Shown here one piece after another: positions 1 to 11,343 of a stretch of DNA of 64,000 nucleotides. Position 1 is the stretch's first letter, and the number at the start of each line of letters is the position of its first letter. The DNA lies in NCBI GenBank assembly GCA_977017645.1, contig OZ360239.1, forward strand, positions 50,282,001 to 50,346,000, given 5' to 3'. The DNA is from Torpedo marmorata. Its lineage: Eukaryota. A program made the position numbers and the translations under genes. The notes beneath the pieces were generated by a model. The model was not told the origin of the DNA and did not search any database. It worked only from the letters and a program-made list of their open reading frames with translations.

Positions 1-600
1 GTGCTAGGTTTAATGCTGTCCAGGAGAAGTATGATGTGTTGTTCTTCAAGTTCTCAATTGGCCTCACCCTGAGGTCAATGGTTGAGGGAGTTAAAATTGT
101 TGGCTACAGGAAGCTCAAGTTTAGACCCAAAAACAGAGCACAGGGGTTGGGCAAAGTAGTCACCCAATCTGAATTAGGTCCCACCGATGTAGAGGAGGCT
201 AAATCAGGTACACAGAATGCTGGAGACGCAGATAATTTCTTATCTGCATAGTTCCCTGCCTCACCTGGAAGGTCTGTTTATGGCCCTGGATGGAGGTGAG
301 GGAAGAGATGTTGGGACAAATTTTGCAATTTCTACCTTTACAACGGGAAGTACTTAAGGAACTTGGTGGGTGGGGAGGAAAGGGCAGATTAGGGGGTCTC
401 AGAGAGTCATCCCTGAAAAAGCAGATAGGGATGGAGGTGGGGGGGGGGGCGATATGTGGCTGTTGGTGGGATCCCACTGAACATGGCAGAAGTGTTGGAG
501 GATAATTTGTGTTGGGTATAGGGACTGTGGGGTGGTAAGTGAGGACAAGAGGGACTCTGTCCTTGTTCTGCCTGGAGGGAGGTGAAGTAAGGGAAGAAGT
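1..600 (-). mobile_element. Degenerate Penelope-like element fragment (GIY-YIG end), cut by the window edge
   Basis: Reverse strand of 10-65 reads ELEEQHIILLLDSIK, matching KLEEQHLIFRLGTLQ of the intact element at 11237-12917; the rest resembles the 60580-61470 copy. Confidence 0.6.
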
Positions 601-624
601 ATGAGAAAATTGGTACTGTTTCCA

Positions 625-905
625 TCTCTTCTTTACCTATTCTATACTTCTTTTCTATAACTTTTCTTCCCCTCCCTGCTCGCAGTGGTTTCTTCCTCCA
701 TCTGTTTCTCCACCTCCTATACCTTCTGCCCTATATTATTATCACTTCTGGGCTCCTCTTCCAGATTTTTCCCACTTTATTTATATAATTTTATCTATTT
801 TATCTTAGTCCTGACAAAGTGTTCAGACTCAAAACATTCACTGACTATTTCTACCATTGGATGCTGTCTGACTTGCTGAGTTCCTCCAGCAATTCTGTGT
901 CTGCT
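625..905 (+). mobile_element. Old Penelope pLTR remnant
   Basis: Pyrimidine-rich tract followed by cctgacaaag...caaaacatt...tgacttgctgagttcctccagca, similar to pLTR 3' ends elsewhere in the window. Confidence 0.5.
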
Positions 906-991
906 CACTACTTCCATTGTTCCTGGTCAATTGACAGAAACTTTGTCTTACCCACCCCAAAGCATCTACTGTTCTATGTAGTGAGAGTGTT

Positions 992-1075
992 TGCATAATT
1001 TATCTGTAAATGAGGTTACTTTAACACTGCTTTCACTGCATAATTTATCTGTAAATGAGGTTACTTTAACACTGC
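992..1075. repeat. Direct tandem duplication, 39-bp unit at 45-bp period
   Basis: tgcataatttatctgtaaatgaggttactttaacactgc at 992-1030 and 1037-1075. Confidence 0.9.
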
Positions 1076-1772
1076 ATTCACCTCAAGGCTGTGATACCTG
1101 TGATCATTCCAGCCATGATTTTTTACAGTTACAGCTGTGTGGTCATGAACGATGGGAAAGTCAGTGCTTTGTTACTTGTTATTAATTTCCTTCTCACGCC
1201 CAAGGCACACTGCCCTCTATTATTCAACTTATACACCAACCTATCTAACATATACGGTAGTTGTTAATTCTATCATTTTTGTTTCATGTCTTCTTTTCCT
1301 CACTTTCTCCTATTTATTTATAGATGTATATATTAAGACAATGCATCCAGTATACACATTGGTCTGTTACTCTCTGGGCAGAAACAGCATTAGAGTATCA
1401 TCACACGTTAGATAGTATATTTAAAAACATTGGCAAAGCAATCTTAAAAAGAGGGGAAAATGCAGTCACTGGCTACTGACTTCTGAGGAAGGCTTAACAA
1501 TAATTTCTTATCTGCATGGTTCCCTGAACAAACAACAATTGAGCTTTGAATAATTTGAGGCACAGATGGGCAAAGCCCAGATGAAAAAGGCAGGTTTTAA
1601 GGGCCATTTTAATAAAAGAAAAGAGAGCCAGGGATGATGAGATATTTAATTCCAGAATTTAGTGCCATGGCAGCTGAAGATATGGCCACCAATGGTGCAG
1701 CAATTAAAAGCAAAGAAAAAGAAGTTATCTCAAGAAAGAATGTTATAAGAATGTAAAAGTTTATAAACATAG

Positions 1773-2373
1773 TGTAGCGACTACCATCCATAAAAAAGCC
1801 GCTCGGAGGCTAAGTAGGCTTTTTACTGTGACACGTTAGAACAAATTCTTATCGAAGTCCAGACGCGTTTTAAAGCTGTTTATTATTGAACACGAAAGGA
1901 CTTGATAACGATAACTGTAACGTCCGTGATAATGGTAACGTCTGTGCTAACGATAACTGTAACGACTAACGTAACGTCCATGTAACGGTCAACAGAAAAT
2001 ATCGGAGCCCTACTCACCCACCGTCTCCCGCCATACCAGTCAACGCGGGCTAACTACACTCCAACCACGCACAACCCCAGCGCATGCACCAACTCCCAGT
2101 GAATGGCGCATGCTCACTGGCGAAAACGCTGGCCCAGGCTGAAACCGCTCACTGCCGGGGCCGAGCCAAGCGCACATGCGCCGCCACACTCTCTCTCTTT
2201 CTCTCTCTCTCGAGCCCCCCCCTCCACCTGTTAAACGGTGCCGGCCGTCGCGCATGCGGCCAATGGGCGGAGGGTGAGAGTGAGCGTCTTCGCGCAGCCT
2301 CCGGACCCCGGGACACCACCAACGCCTGCAGACAAACCAAGAAACGGTAAACAACGGGCCTTTGGCTCTTACA
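1773..2373 (-). repeat. 3' LTR of BEL-1 (601 bp)
   Basis: Starts tgtagcgactacc and ends ggctcttaca; homologous to 9063-9623 plus 10288-10323; CpG-rich. Confidence 0.95.
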
Positions 2374-2387
2374 CCGGCCCCTAATTA
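2374..2387 (-). promoter_or_regulatory. Polypurine tract of BEL-1
   Basis: Sense strand TAATTAGGGGCCGG abuts the 3' LTR; identical to the tract of BEL-2 at 54611-54624. Confidence 0.8.
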
Positions 2388-2605
2388 TTATGTCTCAATA
2401 ATAATTACACAATTATAAATACCAATCAAATACAGTAAATTTCAATATTATGTAGATCTTCTTTCTTCATAGGCCAGAGGTTACCAGCACATGGCCTTGA
2501 AAAGAGTGACCTTTACCACCATTCTGGACCAGTAAAGTCTGTAGTCTGTGTAGTGAGCAAGGGGCAAGGTCCAAAAAACAACAAAATAAAGTCAGTTGGG
2601 GCTTG

Positions 2606-5600
2606 TCAAAGTTCCTCTGTCTCCTGTAGAAGGCAGACTTTGTTGATGGGTCTGTTCAGAAAGCCGGTTTTGGTCTTGATCCGAACATGACGTACAAGTC
2701 CCTTTTTGTCCAGAATGGTCTCAACAATTTTTCCAGTTAGCCAGGAGTTTCGAGGCGTTGAATCATCCATGATGAACACGATGTCTCCTGGTGTGAAGTT
2801 GCATCTGATGTTAGACCATTTTTGTCGTTCCTGCAGTTGGGGGAGATATTCTTTAATCCATTTTTTCCAGAACAAGTCCGACATATACTGAACTTGCCTC
2901 AACCTGCGACGAGCATATATGTCTTCCTTCTGAAACTGCCCTGGTAGCATCGATGGCATAGTCTTAAGGAGCAGAAGATAGTTCGGAGTAAGAGCTTCAA
3001 AGTCATTTGGATCTGTAGAAGCCTTGGTGATTGGACGACTGTTGAGGATAGCCTCAGCTTCACATAAAACTGTGTGGGACCCTCCTTGTCAAGACTTTGC
3101 ACATTTAGGGTGGAATTGAGAACCTTTCGCACTGATCTAATTCATCTTTCCCATACACCTCCATGGTGTGAGCCAGCAGGGGGATTGAAGATCCAATTGA
3201 TTCTTTTCTGGAGCAGTGTATTATGGATTTGACCCTGATTCCAGCTTTCAATCGCCTCCCTCAACTCGCGCTGAGCTCCCACAAAATTGGTGCCATTGTC
3301 AGATCGTAGTTCTTTCACTTGACCACGTCTAGCTGTAAAATGCCAAAGGGCATTGATGAAAGAGTCTGTATCAAGTGATGATGCCACTTTGATGTGAATT
3401 GCTCTTACAGCTAAACATGTGAAAAGAACACCATAGCGCTTCACAACACTCCTTCCACGTTTCACTTCAAAGGGTCCAAAATAATCGACTCCAACATATG
3501 TGAAGGGAGGTTCATCAGGAGAGACTCTGTTCAGGGGCAAATCTGCCATCTGCTGTTGTCCAGGAGTAGCATTTATACGCCGACAAACAACACATTTCGA
3601 CACAATTTTTCTGATTGACACAGTGGCGTAGTCTGGATAACATATGGTTGCGACCACCATGACCCACATCTTCATGAACATGTCGAAGAATTAGATCAGA
3701 AATGTGAAAATCTTTGGTCAGTGTGACAGGATGTTTCATCTCTTCTGGCATTGCTGCTCTGCTAAGTCGCCCACCAACTCTTAATACATCATTTTCCAGA
3801 ATGGGGTTGTGTTTACAAATGTGGCTAGTCTTCTTAACATTCATTCTTTTTCTCAGACTTGAGATTTCACCTGCAAATCTCTTCTTCTGGCAAAAGCAGA
3901 TTATCTCCATTTCAGCATTAGCCAGTTCGTCAACTGTGAGACCACTGTTTTCCTAAGTCTCAAGATTTCCTGTCTCCTTTTGTGGCAGACCTCTGTGCTG
4001 GATGTCATCTGGATGAAGCTGAGCAAGAACACCGCTTGCTTGTTTCCTCTTTCTGCTACGATACAGAAGCAGTCCTTTAAGTCTGAGCATCCACACTACT
4101 GCCCTTTTCAAATGAGTCCATGATTAGAAGTATTTGATTAAGCAGGTTACTGGATCCACTTCTTCAGATTTAAGAGACCTTTGGTGAGATTTCTTCCAAT
4201 CCATCAGGATTTTGAGGCCACTCTTCCTGAGGCCGAAGTAGAAACTGAGGCCCGTACACCCATATTTCTTTCTTCAGAAAAGATTTGACTTTCAAACCTC
4301 GGGAACCCATGTCTGCTGGATTGTTAACTGTGTTAACATATCTCCACTGTAGTGCATGTGAGACTTTGTCAATTTCAGCAACTCTGTTGGCCACGAAAGT
4401 TCGGAACCTTGTGGTCTTATTGTTGATGTATTTGAGCACAGAGGTGCTATCGGTCCAAAATATGGAGTCTGCTAGTTCCATCTGCAGCTCTTTTCTCCAC
4501 ACTGTGTCCATTCTGCTCGTCATGGTGGCAGCAGTCAACTCCATTCGAGGGATAGTGACTGGCTTTAATGGAGCCACTCTTGCTTTTCCCATCACATACC
4601 CACAATGTGCCTGACCATGGTTATTATGCAGTAACAGGTAACTAACAGTTCTGTAACCGTCCTCACACGCATCAGCAAAATGATGCAGTTGAGCAGATGT
4701 CACCGTTCCAAAGTTTGTGGGTTTGAAGCATCTGTCAACCTTGAAGTCTTCCAGCTTATGAAGATCCTGAATCCAACACATCCATTCCTGTACAATGGAG
4801 TCTGGTATCGTATCATCCCAACCAATCCTTTTCCTACAAAAATCTTGCAGGATCTTCTTGGCAGTCAGGACTACTGGTGCCAATATTCCTAGAGGGTCAT
4901 ATATCGAACTGACTGTTGAAAGAATCCCCCTTCTTGTGAGGAATTGGTCTTTCCGATGATTTTGAACTTAAAAACGTCAAGACTGAACACACCATTGTAT
5001 ACCTAACACCCTCTCCACAGGAAGGTTGTCATGGTCCAAGTCCAGATTCTTCATTTCTTTTGCTCTCTCTGTTTCAGGTATGGCAGCCAACACATGACGA
5101 CTGTTACTTATCCACTTAGTAAGTAGAAAGCCTCCCTTGAATCAAATCACTCGTAGTTCATGATAAAGAGCTATTGCATCTTCTTCTAAAGCTGCTGAAG
5201 TGAGGCAGTCATCCACATAGAAGTTGTTCATGATGGTGCTTACAGCTTGAGGGCTAAACTGTTTCATATTGTCCTCAGCACAATTCCTAAGGGCAAAGTT
5301 CACACAACTTGGAGATGAAGTTGCTCCAAATAGATGCACTGTCATTCTGTATTCCACCATGTTCTGACTGTCGTCTCCATCAGGCCACTAGAGGAACCGT
5401 AACAAGTCACGGTCTTCATTTGATACTTTCACCTGGTGGAACATTGCTTCAATGTCTGCAGTGATGACAACAGGTTCTTTACGGAATCTAGTCAAGACTC
5501 CTATCAATGTACTGGTCAGGTCTGGCTGCTGTAAGAGCTGATAATTTAGTGAAACTCCCTGAAATGCCGCTCCACAGTCAAACACCACTCGAAGTTTTTT

Positions 5601-6560
5601 CTTTTGTGGGTGCAAACCCCATGGTGTGGTAGATACCATTTTTTGCCATCGCTACGTTCCAAGACACCATCTGGTACTTTCTCTGTACAATATAACCTTT
5701 GGATATCATGTCAGACATGAAGTTGGTGTAGTCCGATTGAAAGGAAGAATCCCTCTTGAATCTTCTCTTTAGGTTCAGTGTACGTTGTTCAGCAACACTT
5801 TTATTGTCAGGCATGCATATTTCTCTTTCCTTTAAAGGTAATCCAATGCAATCGAGTAGCTTGGCCGAGTTTAATACTAAATCCAAGAATTGCTTGTCTT
5901 CTCTTGAAGGTTCTTGGTCGTCACTTGAGGCACTCAGGAAAGTCAGTCCTGAACTGCTGTTCCCACAGCTCATCAAGTTTCACAACTGATATCCTGTTGA
6001 CACTTGTCGCTGACTGCTCCTGAGCATTGTCGTTTTTTCCTCCTAATGGTCCATTAATCGTCCAACCAAGCATGGTTTTGACAGCGTAAGGTCTGTCTCC
6101 CACATCCATATTACATCTAGTGGTTCCAGAGCCTTTGGTACATCTGAGCCAATCAGCAACTCTATCTCAGAGCCAATTTCAGGTAGATGAACATTCCTTA
6201 GATGAGACCACTGATCAATATCGTTTTGATGTGGGATGTTTCCTTTGTGCACAGACATAGTCTTTTGAGTGTATATGCCTGGGAGATCACAAAAATCACT
6301 GCTGTCCAGTCCAGCGACCTCTAGGCCTGAAGCAATGCTGGTTTCAACGACTTTCCTTTGACCTGTAGTTCTCAATAGAATCCTTGACCTTCTTCCCTAA
6401 AGATTAAGCTTATTCATTAGCCCGACTGTGCAAAATGATGCAGTGCTACCTGGGTCAAGAAATGCATAAATATGCACTGTTGCATTCCTCTTCCTGGCCT
6501 TGGCTTGTACAGGCACTATTGAGAGTTTGCAGTTATCTTCACCGGCCCCAGTAAGACCAC
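2606..6560 (-). pseudogene. pol: BEL/Pao pol (protease, RT, RNase H, integrase), broken by frameshifts and stops
   Basis: ORFs 6397-6693 (AFLDPGSTASF protease), 5388-5639 ([18 protein letters not shown]), 5142-5360 (HLFGATSSP, NFYVDD), 4170-4883 (QLHHFADA, IPRMEL, FWTDS), 3142-3910 (GVDYFGP, SDNGTNF, GGVWER), 2606-2959 (YLPQLQERQKW). Confidence 0.92.
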
Positions 6561-8623
6561 TTGTTAGAACGGAGGCAACAGCACTGTTTTCAGCTGCTTT
6601 CTTTATTTCTGCTTGCTCCTTTTCCATTTCCTTCTTTGGTGGATATGCAGCATTCTGGGATGCTTTAAACTGCATATGTTGCAGCTGAGTCACTTCCTGC
6701 AGTTTTTGCTGATGTGTCCTTTACACAAACAGCCAAAACACAGTCCATTTTCTTTTAGGAAAGCGATTTTCTTACTATGTGCCCTCTTTTCCAACCGTGG
6801 ACACATCTCAAAGCATGTCCACCTCCACAGAACAAACAGCTCTGCACAGCAGGCAAACTCTCCTTTTCCTTAGTTCCTTTATCATTTTCCTTATCTGCAA
6901 CTTTCACCGTGGTGGCAAAGATTCTTCCTTTCATTCTTGGATGAGGCTGTGACTTGGACCTCCTTGCATCTTTGCTCACTGTTGGAGTGCCTTTCATACC
7001 TCCAAATACTGGATCTGTTGCAATCTGCACTTGCCATTCAAGGAAATCCACCATATTCTTAAAGGTAGCTCTTTCATTGCATTTTGCCTGGAAATCACAG
7101 GCCACAGTTCTCCATATATCCCTCAGCCGGTAGGGCAACTTCCTTATGATGACTAGCATATTAGCAGGCATGTCAAGCTCATTCATGTAGTTGATATCTT
7201 CCATGGCATTACAACATCCTCTTAGAAAGAGGGCGTATGCTTGTAGAGCCTTTGTGTCATCCGGTTTTATTGACGACCATGAAAGAGCCTTCTCCATATA
7301 AGCTGTAGCAATTTTATGCTCGTTGCCAAAATGCTCCTGTAATAAAGACTTAGCCTTCCTGAATCCTCTGTCCGAGGCCAAATGTTTGCAACACCTTACA
7401 GGTTCCCTTGGCTGTCCTCTTGTGTACTGTTCCAGATAATAGAGACAATCTCTGGGGTTTTTGTTCTTGCTTTCAATACTGTGTTCAAAGGATTTAATGA
7501 ACGCTTGGTACTGAAGTGGGTCACCATCAAAAACTTGAATCTCCTTCTTGGGCATGGAAGAGAGACACTGTAGCTGGATTAATAATGTAGTGATTTCATT
7601 TTGCCTTTCCATGGCTGAGAATACGTCAAATCTGTTCACCGTTGCTTGTAGCAGGTAATGTAGCTGGAGATGTCACGTGACCGTTCACCCGGATTTCTGA
7701 TGCTTGACTGGAGTGTCATGGGAGCTGTGGTGAGAGATTGGATTTGAGCTACAGCTTTGTCTGCGGTTGTTATTATTGATGTTTGTGGATTGGTAACACC
7801 GTGCTTTGGGAGGATTTGTCCATGTGAATGCATGTCTTGTAACTGTGGTACAAAAGGATCTGCCTTAGCATTGTGTTTTCTTTTCCTGTTGTCCTTTCTC
7901 AAAATATGACTCCATACCATCAGACACTTCAGATAAGTTACTTCGAACACTGGATTCCTTTGAGGCTCCTAGTACCTTCACTTTAGCCATAGTAGCAGCA
8001 ATATTTGCTTCCAGCTCCAGCTGCTACTTTTTCCTCCTTAGCTACTCCTCCTGCTCTTCCAAGGCATATTTATCCTTAAGAAATTTTTGTCGTACAACAA
8101 GAGCAGCCATTTCAGCCTCAGCCTTTATACGTGCAGATGTAGTACTGGACACTCTGGAGCTTGATCCAGAAGAACTTTGTTTGCTTCTCCTGCTTCCAAC
8201 ATTTGACACACTGTCACCTGGTTCTATTTCATCCTGCATGTCAGATGTTGCCTTAATATTTGACACTTTCTCCAGTTTGAATTGCACATCCTTTGCATTT
8301 TCATCCTCTTCACCACCATTTTATGACACACCTTAAGCCATTTCCATGTTTCTGACTTTAAATTCAGTCGATGTCTTCTGCAGTGGTTTTACAGGGTCTT
8401 CATTCCCATCAACCAAAGCCACCTCTTCTTCTATTGCCTGTTTCAGCCTCGCAATGAGAACGCTTTTGACACCACTTATATCTAGGTTCCGCCGCTTCAG
8501 TTCTGATTTGAGATCTGTGATTCCCATGTCTGTGATACATTGCGCCTCAGCGGCAACACCGTCAGCAGTGGTGGCGGCAGCACCAAGCACGCACAACACA
8601 AGCCAAAAATCAACCGTCCCCAA
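6560..8623 (-). pseudogene. gag: BEL/Pao gag with N-terminal SAP domain, disrupted
   Basis: ORF 6755-7639 (FDGDPLQYQAF, LEQYTRGQP, KLPYRLR; DUF1759-like) with Cys/His knuckles at about 6640-6850; ORFs 8042-8287 and 8333-8623 are in one frame, separated only by stops. Confidence 0.85.
8423..8536 (-). other. SAP domain resembling SLTM/SAFB N-terminus, at the start of BEL-1 Gag
   Basis: [38 protein letters not shown] fits the SAP consensus (L..L...L..RGL...G.K..L..RL) and closely matches SLTM as recalled from memory. Confidence 0.85.
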
Positions 8624-9043
8624 TGGACAAGCGGCAGCACATCCAAACTGTTTTCAAACTTGCAACAAATACACAGAAGGAATCCACAAACGTAATCCTA
8701 CCGCTTCTGATGGCTGTGATGCACTGCTGTCAACTAGCAAGTTTCCACCGCGGCAGCAGTCAATAATATCGCTGTGATTCTCGGCAAATGACTCTACCAG
8801 CGTGTATGTAGGACATTCTGCTCTAGGGTTAGAAGCCCTGGATCCCTCTGTGGCCGATGCTCAGACCAATGGAGGCGATTTGCTGTCAGTGGCCTGCGCT
8901 CGGCATTTCCAACATGGCCACCATATTGTTTTCAGTATCGCTCCAAACCGAAGAGGGGAAAGAGTCCAAATGTTCCAACAATGTCCATTCAATCCAAAAC
9001 TCCAAGATTCAAGGCGTCCATGCAGTTCTGTCGTAGATGCGAC

Positions 9044-9057
9044 TATTTTCTGTTGAC
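9044..9057 (-). promoter_or_regulatory. Non-canonical PBS-position sequence of BEL-1, complementary to its own LTR
   Basis: Sense GTCAACAGAAAATA, 5 nt downstream of the 5' LTR, with no TGG; exact reverse complement of LTR segment 9279-9292. Confidence 0.75.
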
Positions 9058-9062
9058 TAATA

Positions 9063-10323
9063 TGTAGCGACTACCATCCATATAAAAGCCGCTTGAAGGC
9101 TAAGTAGGCTCTTTACTGTGACGCGTTAGATCAAATTCATATCGAAGTCCAAATGCATTTTAAAACTTTATTATTGAACACGAAAGGACTTGATAACGAT
9201 AACTGTAACGTCCATGATAAAAGTAACGTCTGTGCTAACGATAACTGTAACGACTAACGTGGTAACGTCCATGTAACGGTCAACAGAAAATATTGGAGCC
9301 CTACTCACCCACCGTCTATCCCGCCATACCAGTCAACGCGGGCTAACTACTCTCCAACCGCGTACAACGCCTGTGCATGCGCCAACCCCCAGTGATTGGC
9401 GCATGCTCACTGGTGAAAACGCTGGCCCAGGCTGAAACCGATCGCTGCCGGGGCTGAGCAAAGCGCGCGTGCGCCGCCACGTTCTCTCTCTTTCTCTCGA
9501 GCCCCCCCTCCACCCGATAAATGGTGCCGGCCGTCGCGCATGTGGCCAATGGGCAGAGGGGGAGAGTCAGCGTCTTTGCGCAGCCTCCGGACCCCGGGAC
9601 ACCGCCAACGCCTGCAGCCAAACTGTAGCGACTTCGTCCAATAAAAATAGTCGCTTGGAGGCTAAGTTAGGTGTTTGTCTGCGACGCGTTTTCATTAATT
9701 TACCAACAAAGTCCAAAACGTTCAAAAACCTTTATTTACCTTTGACTTGCAGTAATCTTCGATGACTTTAATATAAACAGTTCTTGAAATGATGTAAAAC
9801 GATGTAAAAAGGTTATAAAACGATCTAAAACGTGTATTAAACGATGTTAAAACGTGTTAAACGATGTCAAACGTGTTCCAAACGATGTCAAAACGGTTGA
9901 CAGGAATTGTCGACACCTAACTCACCCTCCTCAGATTTCCAACCGACGACTCGCGTGGGGGAACCTGTATTTAAACGCGCAGATCCCACCCGCGCATGCT
10001 CCGTTGTGCACGCGCTGGCCCCGGCCCCAACCGTTCGCTGCTGGGGCTGAGCCAACCGCGCATGCATCTACCTAGTCCATGGCGCATGCGCACTGATGTG
10101 GTGCCGGCCCCGGCTGAAGCCGCCGCTGCCGAGCCAACCACGCATGCGCCGCCACGCTCCAGCTCCGTGAGCGGTGGCGGCACTCGCGCATTGCGGCCTA
10201 CGGGAGAGGCCTACGGACCCCGGGACACCTCCGGCGCCCGTGGCCAAAACAGCAGGAAAGTAGGGAGCCTATGGCTCTTACACAAACCAAGAAACGGTAA
10301 ACAACGAGCCTTTGGCTCTTACA
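9063..10323 (-). repeat. 5' LTR of BEL-1, split by a nested solo LTR
   Basis: 9063-9623 and 10288-10323 together match the 3' LTR. Confidence 0.92.
9624..10282 (-). mobile_element. Solo LTR of a related BEL/Pao family (659 bp)
   Basis: tgtagcgact...ggctcttaca termini shared with BEL-1 but a divergent interior; 5-bp TSD CAAAC (9619-9623 / 10283-10287). Confidence 0.9.
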
Positions 10324-11343
10324 CATAGGAATACTAATCCTTGGGTGTAATTCCAGTTACAATTTGTTAAATTGCTAACATTCAAAAGATTAATTTATTA
10401 CAATGCAGTTGACCAAAACATGTTGGTGCTGACCACACCTTAAGGTGATTGAAATCCATGCCTTAACCTGAAATGCTGAAATAATAAACTGCAAGTTATC
10501 TGTTTGAACTATCTTATGTGGATCAGCATGATTAATGAAACAATAAACCACTCAAAATCATGTTGTTCATTTAAATAGTTTTACAATAGTGGACCAAGAG
10601 AAAATAGCATTTATGAAGGTTCATCATGATAAAAATTGAGAAGCAATATAAGAATGTAGAAATGTAAAGTGTAGAATTGTTAAAGTAAAAATAGTCATTG
10701 AACAATAAGTAATTCAGTTCTACATGTGCTCACATGCAATTCACGTTATTAAACAGTTAACTTGAAAGTTATAAATTTGGCTCTTCTGTTTTCAGCATTT
10801 TTCAGCCATCACCAATGTGAAGAGCTTGAAGGGTGCCACATAGAACCTTCAAATGGTCAAGACAGGGAACTTGCCCAATGGGAGATTTGTTAACATTGCG
10901 AAGCCTCCATTACAATAAGTTTGAGGCACAGTGAATTCCACTGTTTTATAATCTTGGTGTTGTACTTGACCTGAGAAAAGTATAGGAAACAAGCATCAAT
11001 GCCTTGACTTGGATATTTATTTTCACTTCTGTGACAACACCAAACTTAATCATCTCAGCTCATTTGAAACCAGATCCATGCTTCTGATATCATAGACTGG
11101 ATTATACCATTGCAATTTACATCATTTTAAGGTAATACAATCTTTTTCTGCTTGAACTCTGGTTCCATTTTCCCATTCAGTTCTCACGCATGTGCGAGCT
11201 GGCCCATGTTTGTTGGGCATAAACTTAATTTTGGTAAACACGAAAATCTGTAGACACCGTGGTAGAAGTAAAAAACACAAAAGCTGGAGAACTCAGCAGG
11301 TCAAACAGTGTCTTTTATTTAGCAAAGGTAGAAATACATAACC

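Larger units (their letters stand above)
1773..10323 (-). mobile_element. Full-length, decayed BEL/Pao LTR retrotransposon (BEL-1)
   Basis: TG...CA LTRs at 1773-2373 and 9063-10323; 5-bp TSD CATAG (1768-1772 / 10324-10328); PPT next to the left LTR; minus-strand ORF pieces in BEL order: gag (DUF1759-like, zinc knuckles), protease, RT, Pao RNase H region, integrase, DUF5641-like tail. Confidence 0.95.

Noticed and set aside
8333-8623. Host SLTM/SAFB exon or processed pseudogene
   Set aside because: It lies inside an LTR pair, in frame with Gag, has a counterpart in BEL-2, and has no RRM or splice context; it is treated as part of the element.
9780-9900. CRISPR-like or prokaryotic repeat array
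   Set aside because: Short degenerate units without unique spacers, inside a eukaryotic LTR.
11259-11343. True N-terminus of the Penelope ORF (MVEVKNTK...)
   Set aside because: It is read from the inverted pLTR piece; the element is 5'-truncated within RT.
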